Shown here piece by piece: positions 21,220-29,693 of a stretch of 64,000 nucleotides of DNA. The notes beneath the pieces are model-generated. The model had not been told where the DNA came from. It saw nothing but the letters and a program-made list of their open reading frames with translations, and did not search any database. Source of the stretch: Nitrosopumilus sp. (GTDB taxonomy: Archaea > Thermoproteota > Nitrososphaeria > Nitrososphaerales > Nitrosopumilaceae); assembly GCA_965218785.1 (NCBI GenBank), contig OZ244650.1:1824001-1888000 (forward strand), written 5' to 3'. A program made the translations under genes and the position numbers. Position 1 is the stretch's first letter. Each line of letters starts with the position of its first letter.

Positions 21220-21606
21220 TTCTGGGTACTTGACACCTGAAATCACGATCTTCCCAAGATTGAACCACCTCCAAACAGCCCTGAAAAAAAGCCAAGTCAT
21301 GGGATAATCACTCCCCATGGCGGTTCACCTACTGGGGCATCCCTGCATGTGACTGGAAACAACAGGGCATACATGCGGCAACATTACGCAATCTGGAGTG
21401 GTACATAACATCAGTTAGTGTGACGTTTTTAGATGATAGAGTTTATGGTCAATCGATCTTGGACTAGCATCTCGAATGTAAACTGGCATCGATCACATCT
21501 GGGATTATGATCTGAAAAATTTGCACGTGTGTTAGTTACTTTGGAGTAGGGTCAGTACGCATAAACTCAGTATCTTGGGACACGAGCTATAAGATCAGAA
21601 ACCCGA
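21220..21606. ncRNA. Candidate large structured ncRNA or non-autonomous element
   Basis: Multiple nested helices of 8-9 bp in a gap with no credible ORF (see findings). Confidence 0.35.
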
Positions 21607-21618
21607 TCATACAGATTA

Positions 21619-22473
21619 TTATCTTACAAGTTCAAGCAATGCCTTGGCTTGCTTGAAATGTACCTCATCTATCATTTTTCCATCAACTGTTGTAGCGCCC
21701 TTTCCTTTTTTTGTAGAATTTAGATAGGTTTTACAGACTTTTTCAGCCCACAAAATTTCACTTTTGTTTGGATGAAACAGTTTGTGGACTGTTGATATTT
21801 GATCCGGATGTATGACGCACTTTCCAGAATATCCCATGCTTTTGCCAAATTTGCAGTCATTTTCTAATCCCTTGGCGTCCTTTAGATCCTGCCATATTGC
21901 ATCTATTGCAATTATCCCAGCTGCGCGCGCATCAACTGGGATCTTTGTTCTTGAATATTTGGCGCCCCTTGATTCTTTTGTGTATTCTATTCCCAGATCA
22001 TTTAACAGATCAAAAACCCCAAAAACTATCGCCGTAACTCTTTTTCCAAAGGAGGAGATATCATAGGCATTAACAACTCCCTTGGCAGATTCGATGGAAG
22101 GAACCAGTTGAATCGGTTTGAGTTTCCTTGTTTTTTCTAGTGTTGCCAGGGTTTTTTCAATTTTTTTTATCTCCTGAGTATTGTTTACTTTGGGAATCAC
22201 TATTCCATCAATGCCTTTCTGGATAATTTCCTTGAGGTCATCCGGGATTTTCCCTGATAACGGGGAATTTGTACGGACAAAGATTGAGGATTTGTATGAT
22301 TTTCTAGATTTTAAGGCAGACTTTATGAGTTTTCTTGCATTTGATTTTTCATTATCAGGAACTGAATCTTCTAGATCAAAACAGACAATGTCGGCTTTGA
22401 GTTTTTTTGCTTTTTCAAGAAATCTGGGATTGTTTCCTGGAACGAAAATAAGGCTTCGGAAGAACAGGGTCAT
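21619..22473 (-). CDS. CitE/HpcH family CoA-ester lyase
   Basis: RSLIFVPG, FDLEDSV, IPKV, IESAKG, GK..IHPDQI, GKMID. Confidence 0.9.
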   Translation of the reverse strand: MTLFFRSLIFVPGNNPRFLEKAKKLKADIVCFDLEDSVPDNEKSNARKLIKSALKSRKSYKSSIFVRTNSPLSGKIPDDLKEIIQKGIDGIVIPKVNNTQEIKKIEKTLATLEKTRKLKPIQLVPSIESAKGVVNAYDISSFGKRVTAIVFGVFDLLNDLGIEYTKESRGAKYSRTKIPVDARAAGIIAIDAIWQDLKDAKGLENDCKFGKSMGYSGKCVIHPDQISTVHKLFHPNKSEILWAEKVCKTYLNSTKKGKGATTVDGKMIDEVHFKQAKALLELVR

Positions 22474-22480
22474 TAAATGA

Positions 22481-23560
22481 CTAGGCGCCCTCGGGCTTCA
22501 TTAAGATTTTGCCAAAGAGTCCTTTTCCAGTTAACATCTTTGTGTGAGCCTCGGCTGCCTGCTCAAATGAGTAAGTTGAGTCGATTGCCGCCTTGATTTT
22601 GCCCTGACCCATCCAGTAAAGGGCCTGGTCAAGTTCAGCCTTGCTTCCTTGTGTTGAACCTAGGATGTTGGTTCCCTTAAAGAAGACATGTCTTAGATCA
22701 GTGTGTGCATCATAGCCAGTTGTTGCGCCACATGAAACTAAAGTTGCGCCATATTTGAGTAGAGTTAGCTGCTTGTTCCAGTGTGTTTCACCAATATGAT
22801 CAAATGAAACATCGATTCCTGGTACTTCGCCTTTCTTTTTTGCAATCTCCTTTGTGATTCCACGTACTTCCTTGTGCCAATCATCTTTTCTGTGGTCTAC
22901 TGCGTAATCTGCCCCCAATTTCAGACACTTGTCTAGTTTATCCGGGCTTGCAGTAGCAATGACATCACAATTGTAGAGTTTTGCAATTTGAATGCCAAAA
23001 CTTCCCACTCCTGAACCGCCGCCCATAATCAAGACGGTTTGTCCGGGAACAATCTTGGCTCTGCCAACTAGCATGTGCCAGGAAGTAAGTAGGGTCATTG
23101 ATGCAGCTGCTGCATCATCATATGAAACACCTTCTGGAATTTTTGAAATATTAACTTCGGGGAGATGTGTGACTTCTTGATAAGCTCCCCATGTTGGACC
23201 GGTTTGAAAACCCCAGATAGTCCTGTGAATACAGTCAAATTCTCTGCCGTCAGTACATGCTTTACATACCCTGCAAGACATGTTAGAGTGGGAAACTACT
23301 TTGTCTCCAACTTTGATATTTTTAACGTCCTCACCTATTGCAATTACATCTCCGGCAGCATCAGAACCTGAAACATGTGGAAGTGGAACAGGAACCGGCT
23401 GGCCCCTCATTCCCCAAATATCATTATAATTCAGGGCTGTAGATTTTACTTTGAAAACTACTTCATCTGCTTTTGGTTTTGGTTCATCCATATCCTGAAC
23501 TTTGAGGATTTTGGCATAATTATCATCTGGTGCATATTCATTGTATACAACGGCTTTCAT
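22481..23560 (-). CDS. MDR-family Zn-binding oxidoreductase (enoyl-CoA/quinone reductase-like)
   Basis: Structural-Zn CRVCKAC...C, GGGSGVG; LNYND and GSD replace the catalytic-Zn C/GHE motif. Confidence 0.85.
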   Translation of the reverse strand: MKAVVYNEYAPDDNYAKILKVQDMDEPKPKADEVVFKVKSTALNYNDIWGMRGQPVPVPLPHVSGSDAAGDVIAIGEDVKNIKVGDKVVSHSNMSCRVCKACTDGREFDCIHRTIWGFQTGPTWGAYQEVTHLPEVNISKIPEGVSYDDAAAASMTLLTSWHMLVGRAKIVPGQTVLIMGGGSGVGSFGIQIAKLYNCDVIATASPDKLDKCLKLGADYAVDHRKDDWHKEVRGITKEIAKKKGEVPGIDVSFDHIGETHWNKQLTLLKYGATLVSCGATTGYDAHTDLRHVFFKGTNILGSTQGSKAELDQALYWMGQGKIKAAIDSTYSFEQAAEAHTKMLTGKGLFGKILMKPEGA

Positions 23561-23713
23561 GAATAAATCAACTTTTTACCCATAATTATATTTTATCTGT
23601 ACAAGCCTCTCAAAGTGCTTCTTGAGAGCATCAATTCCCCCGACTAGAACGAGATCCACAGTTGATAGTTTGATTTTCAGTCATTTTGACCGTATCTGGG
23701 ACTGAAGAGGGGA

Positions 23714-23995
23714 TCAGATACGATTTATCTTAAAATTGTGTTTTGGTTGCTGAATGGAGATCAGTATCTGCTTTAGCTGATCATCAGATAGTCGACCGGG
23801 GATTTTTCCTTGAGTTGCCATTCCAATCAGGTATTGTTCAACTAGATCAGATAGTTCCGGTTTTACCATTTTGATGTTGTTTAGCCTTGCTCTTGCCTCA
23901 GATGTAAGAATTTGTTTTAGAATCTGCTCTTTTTGTGCAGCTAGTTCATGGTTTGTACTACCTTGAGGTTGATCGTTAGATTCCGGAAAACTCAT
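23714..23995 (-). CDS. PDCD5-like dsDNA-binding protein
   Basis: ILKQILTSEARARLNNIKMVKPE; next to S19e as usual in archaea. Confidence 0.9.
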   Translation of the reverse strand: MSFPESNDQPQGSTNHELAAQKEQILKQILTSEARARLNNIKMVKPELSDLVEQYLIGMATQGKIPGRLSDDQLKQILISIQQPKHNFKINRI

Positions 23996-24002
23996 TTTAA
24001 AT

Positions 24003-24455
24003 CTAAGTGTACACTTTTAATTGAGGATTTTCAACAATTAGTTCTTTGAGAATTTCTGTTGCTATCCTGTCAAGTTTCTGCATGCCATGTTTAGAAACGA
24101 CACGTCCCTTCTTCTCGACTTGCACTATATAACCAAGTTTTTCTAATCCATGAATGGCATTACGTATAATTGCACCACTGGCATCTTTATGGTGTGCGGC
24201 CCCGTATCCAGACGGCCTGCCGCCGCCATAATCTTTTCTTAATTCATTAATTCCAATTGGACCATTAAGGTAAATTTTTCTCATTAATGATGCACATCTT
24301 GTATGCCACCATTCCCTGTCTTGCGGTGGTTTGTCTGCATGAGCCCCTGTTTTGACAAATGGGATCCATGAGGGTGCAGGAATGTCTTCATTCTTTAGAA
24401 TGTCTGCAAGTCTTCCTATCAACACATCTGCTGGTACGTCGTATACCTTTGCCAT
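24003..24455 (-). CDS. rps19e: 30S ribosomal protein S19e
   Basis: VYDVPAD, FVKTG, WWHTRCAS..RKIY, GAIIR. Confidence 0.95.
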   Translation of the reverse strand: MAKVYDVPADVLIGRLADILKNEDIPAPSWIPFVKTGAHADKPPQDREWWHTRCASLMRKIYLNGPIGINELRKDYGGGRPSGYGAAHHKDASGAIIRNAIHGLEKLGYIVQVEKKGRVVSKHGMQKLDRIATEILKELIVENPQLKVYT

Positions 24456-24546
24456 GAAGTGAAAAAATCGAGAATCGTCTTATAAATCATTGAGATAATG
24501 TGTCTAGTCAGTCAAGTTCAGCGTGGATTTCTTGTCTGTAACACCA

Positions 24547-24849
24547 CTATTTGGATATAATTTTACGATAAGTATGCCCGCATAAATTACAGGAGATTCT
24601 GATCGACTTGACAGATGCCCTCCCCATACGAATCCGGGAATTAATTCCAGGCGCAATAAAGGACTTGCATTTTTTGCAAAAAACCATCCTAAGATCATAA
24701 GGCATTCGAATTTTGTGCCTGGAACTGATCCTGCGGGCAAGCAAGGCCTGACGCTGAGAAAGCTGGGGGTTTGTTTTTGCATTACTGATTGCATTTTCAA
24801 TAAGAATCCGCATTCTTTCCATTGCGATTTTTCTAAGTGCGGGTTTCAC
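24547..24849 (-). CDS. rnp4: RNase P protein subunit Rpp21
   Basis: IAMERMRIL, FCKKC...CNLCG..YR. Confidence 0.9.
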   Translation of the reverse strand: MKPALRKIAMERMRILIENAISNAKTNPQLSQRQALLARRISSRHKIRMPYDLRMVFCKKCKSFIAPGINSRIRMGRASVKSIRISCNLCGHTYRKIISK

Positions 24850-24899
24850 AATTGTTTCTAGAAATACGCCTAAAAATTAGTTCTCATTATTATGAAAAA

Positions 24900-24973
24900 T
24901 GCAGTCAGCGGGATTCGAACCCGCGTCACAGGGTTGGAAACCCCGAATACTAACCAGGCTATACTATGACTGC
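24900..24973 (-). tRNA. tRNA-Gly(TCC)
   Basis: GCAGTCA/TGACTGC acceptor stem, anticodon arm CGGGG-TTTCCAA-CCCTG, GGTTCGAATCC T-arm; no intron; CCA not encoded. Confidence 0.96.
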
Positions 24974-24995
24974 AACAGAATGGAAATTTTATATC

Positions 24996-25664
24996 CTACA
25001 TAAAAATGGTTTTTTCGTACTCATATAGCATCCTAGCTACTACAACATGGCCTTCAAAGGATTCATTACCAACAGAATACAAAGTGTTTATCTTGCTTTT
25101 GATTGAATCAGAGAAATTCCCCTTTTGAAATCCTCCAAAAACGATACATGCGTCATCTGAGATCTCTTTTGCAATATTTTCATACGAGTTTGGCGTACCC
25201 TGTGTCGAGAATCCGATAACTCGGGATGGGCGGATTTCATCCAATAGTTCTGAAAAGGATTTTTCTTTAATCTCAAGTAATGTTTCACCGTTTGCCAAAA
25301 TCGTTTTTTCCTGATACAGTTTTTCAATCAAACCCTCAAATCGGTGATATGATTTAGGCACATGCACGTTTTGACCAAAATAAATTATCTTCTCATCAGT
25401 TGTATGAACAAAAAGTTTCATCTTGCTTTGAAGGTATAATGGAATTGTAGTAGCTTCAAGTATTGAAAAGTGGACTAGATCCGGCCGTCCTCTTTTAATT
25501 TCATTTTTAATTCCTTTCATGGCTGCAAAATGCCAGGAATTATCCAGTAAAATTTCTGACGTATGTTTTCCAAGCTTTCTTGCATGTGAAATTACTGACG
25601 GGTGATCACTTAACTCAAAAGGTACCAGTTCTAATGCGGATTCGGATAAAATTATGGAAATCAT
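24996..25664 (-). CDS. nep1: Nep1/Emg1 rRNA pseudouridine methyltransferase
   Basis: ESALELVP, RGRPDLVH, PKSYHRFEGL, GGFQKG. Confidence 0.93.
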   Translation of the reverse strand: MISIILSESALELVPFELSDHPSVISHARKLGKHTSEILLDNSWHFAAMKGIKNEIKRGRPDLVHFSILEATTIPLYLQSKMKLFVHTTDEKIIYFGQNVHVPKSYHRFEGLIEKLYQEKTILANGETLLEIKEKSFSELLDEIRPSRVIGFSTQGTPNSYENIAKEISDDACIVFGGFQKGNFSDSIKSKINTLYSVGNESFEGHVVVARMLYEYEKTIFM

Positions 25665-26794
25665 TAGTTGATCAATTCAATCTGTTTTTTAAATTCATTC
25701 CAGCCTGATTTTGGAACATCATTAACATCTACAAGACCTGCATTGCAGACATAATAATTTAGCCTTTCAATAACGTATTCACTACCACCCAGACCGGAAC
25801 TGCCCCCAACACTAATCTTTTTATCACCAATATCTTGCTGCTCCGTGGCACAGGTACCTTCGGGCCGGTCGTATTGTCTGTACCATGTCAAAAACTCGAT
25901 TTCAGACTCGTTCTCCGAATAAAATTCAAATAATTCCATCAAAAAGTCCTTTTGGGAATCTGTACTTCCACCTATAAAGTCAGACGTACTCCAACTGACC
26001 TCAAAAAATCCCACCTTTTTATTTGGCACAATCTCAAATGCCCTTTGCAAATCCTCCCTGCTCTCTTGAGGGGTGTTTACAATATCATTTAGGTTGTCAA
26101 CTGGAAAGTATGAAAATGCAACAAAATCACCGATGATTAAATCATCAACAATATGTGTCAGTTCTTTATTTAATACATGATGTAATGCAAATGAATTTCC
26201 AAGCTTCACATCGGGGTGTTTTTCCTTTATTTTTTCATAAACTCCAGAAAATAATTCCTTGTATACAGGAATGTTTTGTTCATGGTAGCGAAATTGGGAT
26301 TCTGTCTCACCGGCAATGATTACGGTATCTATGATGTGATATCGTGAAAGAATCGCATCAAGTACGCTGACGAGTCGTTGCTGGTCTATGGAATTAAGGG
26401 ATGGTCTTCCAATCCAATCAGGAAATGGACCTAGCGTTTCCCCGTTAATTACCGAGAAGAACAGTGTTACTTTTAGATCATTTTTTTCATTTAATCCCAT
26501 CAACACATCTGACTGTCTCCAATCAAATTCCCCTTTTTGAGGTTCAACTAGATTCCAAAATAGATACACGTTGTTTCGACCTATTCCAGATGATGCCGCA
26601 TCTGAAAAAACCTCGTCAACTCGTTGTAGTGATACTGACTGGTTTGACGTATTAATTACAAGGCCGATTTTTTCATTTTTTGTAATATTGAAAGTTTCCG
26701 AATCTGGCAAATCAGATGTGACAGATAACAAGACAGCAGCAGATGCTATGCCCATAATTACACCTGCAATTACGCCTGCGATCTTTTGGTTCAT
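25664..26794 (-). CDS. Membrane-anchored glycoside hydrolase-like TIM-barrel protein
   Basis: N-terminal TM; WNLVEPQKGEFDW, AGETE, FSYFP, FFEVSW resemble clan GH-A motifs. Confidence 0.65.
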   Translation of the reverse strand: MNQKIAGVIAGVIMGIASAAVLLSVTSDLPDSETFNITKNEKIGLVINTSNQSVSLQRVDEVFSDAASSGIGRNNVYLFWNLVEPQKGEFDWRQSDVLMGLNEKNDLKVTLFFSVINGETLGPFPDWIGRPSLNSIDQQRLVSVLDAILSRYHIIDTVIIAGETESQFRYHEQNIPVYKELFSGVYEKIKEKHPDVKLGNSFALHHVLNKELTHIVDDLIIGDFVAFSYFPVDNLNDIVNTPQESREDLQRAFEIVPNKKVGFFEVSWSTSDFIGGSTDSQKDFLMELFEFYSENESEIEFLTWYRQYDRPEGTCATEQQDIGDKKISVGGSSGLGGSEYVIERLNYYVCNAGLVDVNDVPKSGWNEFKKQIELIN

Positions 26795-26839
26795 ACAGAT
26801 TGAAAAAGAAAAGAAAGTAAAAAAAGTTGTGATTCTTGT

Positions 26840-29491
26840 TTATCCGGAGGTACAACCGCTGTATCCGCATTCAATACAGATACTGCATCCTTCCACAAAG
26901 ACCAGGTTGTTTTTGCAGGTTGGACATAAGCGGTCCTCTGAGACATTATCCTGTTTTTGAGGTTCGACTTTGATCTCTTCATCGTGCACTTTAAGCGCAA
27001 GCGCGGCATTTACCTGGGATTTGATATACGGATTTGTGATGTGTTTCTTCACATAATCAGTAATGTACTCAGTTGGTAGAACCTCGAATGTTTTTTCTGC
27101 ATTTTGACTTGTCATGTGAAGTACCTGTTTATGTCTAGAGCCATCACGGTATACGGTGATTCCCTTGAGTCCCATCTCATGTGCTAACAGATATGCAGAT
27201 TTTACATCCTCTGCAGTTACATCGTATGGCATGTTGATTGTTTTTGCAATTGCATTTCCAATCCATTCCTGCCATACACCCTGGGCCATAAGATGATCAG
27301 CCCAGTGGATATCCATTGCCGTAACAAAGACATCTTGCATCCATTGTGGGATCTCTGGGATTCCCTTCAATGAGCCATAGTTGTCAGCAATCTTTTCAAG
27401 AATTTCATCGTTGTAAATATGATTTTCTTTCAGGACTTCCTCAACTATCTTGTTTGTATAGAAGAACCTTCCAACAGTTACTCTCTTTTCAAATACAAGG
27501 GCAAATGTAGGTTCCATTCCGTTTGAACAGTCAGCAATCATGGATAGTGTGCCAGTTGGAGCGACTGTGGTTGCCAGGACGTTTCTGATACCATATTTTT
27601 TGATTTTTTCAATTAATGCATCCCATTCGTAAGAGTGGAATTCCTTTGGTTTCTCATAGTATCCTGCCACCGGAATCTTTCCTTCCGGATATTCAGTCTT
27701 TGAACAAAGTGGGAACTCGCCGCGGGATTTGGCAAGGGCGACACTTTCTTCCATGGAATAATACGTCAGGGCCTCGGCCAGTTTTGATTGCAGATCATAT
27801 CCTTCTTTGGAATTGTATGGAATTCTTAGCTTGTACAGGAGATCTGCTACTCCCATGACTCCAAGTCCGATTCGTCTGGATTCCTTTGATGCCACGTTGA
27901 TTTCTTTGACAGGATAGGTATTCACATCAATGATGTTATCGAGGAATCTTGTCGTCTTTCTGATGGTCTCCTCATATCTTTGCCAATCAAATTCAAAAGT
28001 TCCATCTGCCTGTCTCTTGACAAGATTTACCAGGTTGATGGATCCCAGATTGCATGATTCGTATGGATAAAGACTCTGTTCGCCGCAGGGATTTGTTGCT
28101 CGTAGTGGTGCCTGTCTAGCTTTTGCAAACACGTTGTATTTGTTAATTTGATCAAAGAAGATCAATCCGGGTTCTGCGCTTTTCCATGCAGATAATGCAA
28201 TCAGATCAATTAACTGATGTGCGCTGATTTCTTTAACCGGTTTTTTGTCACGCGGACTGCGTAAAACATAGCTGCCATCTGTGGTATTGACAAGTGAGTG
28301 CCAAAAGTCCTCCCAGATACCAACACTTACGTTAAAGTTTTCCAAAACGCCCGGTTCTGTTTTGTTTGTGATGAATTTCTCAACATCAGGATGCCATGCC
28401 TCAATAATGCCCATGTTTGCACCGCGTCTTTTTCCCCCCTGCTTTACAACTTCAGTCACGGTATTGATGATATTCATAAATGATACCGGACCGGATGCTA
28501 CACCAGAGGTTGATGCGACAATATCGCCTTCCTCTCGTAGATCAGAGTAGTTAATTCCCACTCCTCCTCCGGATTTGAAGATCAATGCCGCATCAGAAGT
28601 CGACTTCATGATTTGTTCCATGCCGTCTTCCATTCCAAGTACAAAACAGGCTGAGAGTTGTCCCAGTCTTCCACCGGCATTCATCATTGTTGGCGAGTTT
28701 GGCAAAAAGTCCTGTGATGTCATTAGCTCAAAGTACTCTGTTATTTTGTCTTCATAACTATCAAGATTCTTTGCCGCCAACAACATCAGAAGATCCTTGA
28801 AACTAACTTTCATCTGGTTTTTCTTTGCAAGTGCCACATAGTGGTTGATCAAAGATCTAAAATGCCACTTGTTGAGATAGTAATTTCCCACCTTGAATTT
28901 ATAATCAAACGCATCTAGTTTTTCAAGATAAGACTGTGCTTCGTCTATATCTTGTGCTGTGGTTCCAGATTTGTCAAAGATTTGTGAGTCATAGAGAATA
29001 TCACCGATTCCGACTAGAATTGCGACTCTTTCAAACATTTGTGTAGGGGACTCTATGATCTCATTTTTGCCATTTCTGAAAAGATATCTTGATGCCAAGA
29101 CTCTCAGGCAGTTCAGGTCAAACTTTTTAGAAACAGGATCAAGGGACTTTAGATTCAGGATCCTCATTTTTTCGACCCTTAGTTTTCTTCTCTCCTGTCT
29201 ATACAGGATAAACGCTTTTGTTATATCGATGGGGCCGCTACTCATCAGGGTTAACTCTACCATATCCTGAATGTCCTCGACAGTAGGTGCCCTAGAGCTG
29301 GTAAATCCCTGTTCTACGAGTTTGTCAACTACGTTATCTGCGAGTTGATCGGCTAGACCACGATCGGCTTTAGAGGTGGCTGCCAATGCCTTGAAAATGG
29401 CATTTGAAATTTTGTCTTTATTAAAAGCCGTTACTGCACCACTGCGCTTACGGATTTCGTTGATAGTACTTTCTATTTGTGAATTATCCAA
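26840..29491 (-). CDS. nrdJ: Adenosylcobalamin-dependent class II ribonucleotide reductase with ATP cone
   Basis: ATP cone IRKRSG..FNKDKI; PNSPT, QLSACFV, ATNPCGEQ, CNLGS, APTGT, YRDGSR; C-terminal Cys cluster; no intein seen. Confidence 0.95.
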   Translation of the reverse strand: MDNSQIESTINEIRKRSGAVTAFNKDKISNAIFKALAATSKADRGLADQLADNVVDKLVEQGFTSSRAPTVEDIQDMVELTLMSSGPIDITKAFILYRQERRKLRVEKMRILNLKSLDPVSKKFDLNCLRVLASRYLFRNGKNEIIESPTQMFERVAILVGIGDILYDSQIFDKSGTTAQDIDEAQSYLEKLDAFDYKFKVGNYYLNKWHFRSLINHYVALAKKNQMKVSFKDLLMLLAAKNLDSYEDKITEYFELMTSQDFLPNSPTMMNAGGRLGQLSACFVLGMEDGMEQIMKSTSDAALIFKSGGGVGINYSDLREEGDIVASTSGVASGPVSFMNIINTVTEVVKQGGKRRGANMGIIEAWHPDVEKFITNKTEPGVLENFNVSVGIWEDFWHSLVNTTDGSYVLRSPRDKKPVKEISAHQLIDLIALSAWKSAEPGLIFFDQINKYNVFAKARQAPLRATNPCGEQSLYPYESCNLGSINLVNLVKRQADGTFEFDWQRYEETIRKTTRFLDNIIDVNTYPVKEINVASKESRRIGLGVMGVADLLYKLRIPYNSKEGYDLQSKLAEALTYYSMEESVALAKSRGEFPLCSKTEYPEGKIPVAGYYEKPKEFHSYEWDALIEKIKKYGIRNVLATTVAPTGTLSMIADCSNGMEPTFALVFEKRVTVGRFFYTNKIVEEVLKENHIYNDEILEKIADNYGSLKGIPEIPQWMQDVFVTAMDIHWADHLMAQGVWQEWIGNAIAKTINMPYDVTAEDVKSAYLLAHEMGLKGITVYRDGSRHKQVLHMTSQNAEKTFEVLPTEYITDYVKKHITNPYIKSQVNAALALKVHDEEIKVEPQKQDNVSEDRLCPTCKNNLVFVEGCSICIECGYSGCTSG

Positions 29492-29526
29492 TTATAATCT
29501 CCACGTAAGGGGTATGATGAATGTGG

Positions 29527-29576
29527 TTATAACTGATTCTGAAATTAATTCCTCAGCAACGGTTCAATAATATTGA
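29527..29576 (-). promoter_or_regulatory. Candidate nrdJ promoter (TTATAA 29527-29532) and upstream palindrome TCAATA-A-TATTGA (29564-29576)
   Basis: TATA-like box ~36 nt before the start codon; perfect 6-1-6 inverted repeat. Confidence 0.4.
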
Positions 29577-29693
29577 CATCGCTACTATGAAGTTCATACC
29601 GGCATAATTTTAAGGATGTACGATGATCGCTAGATCTGAAAGTGATCCAATAGTTTGGAAAAATGATCGTAACTAGTTTCACTTTCACGAATT

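Noticed and set aside
24850-25000. Integrated element at tRNA-Gly
   Set aside because: Flanked by housekeeping genes; no integrase or duplicated tRNA end seen
29514-29545. C/D box sRNA (ATGATGA-N12-CTGA)
   Set aside because: No convincing C'/D second half, and it overlaps the likely nrdJ promoter on the other strand
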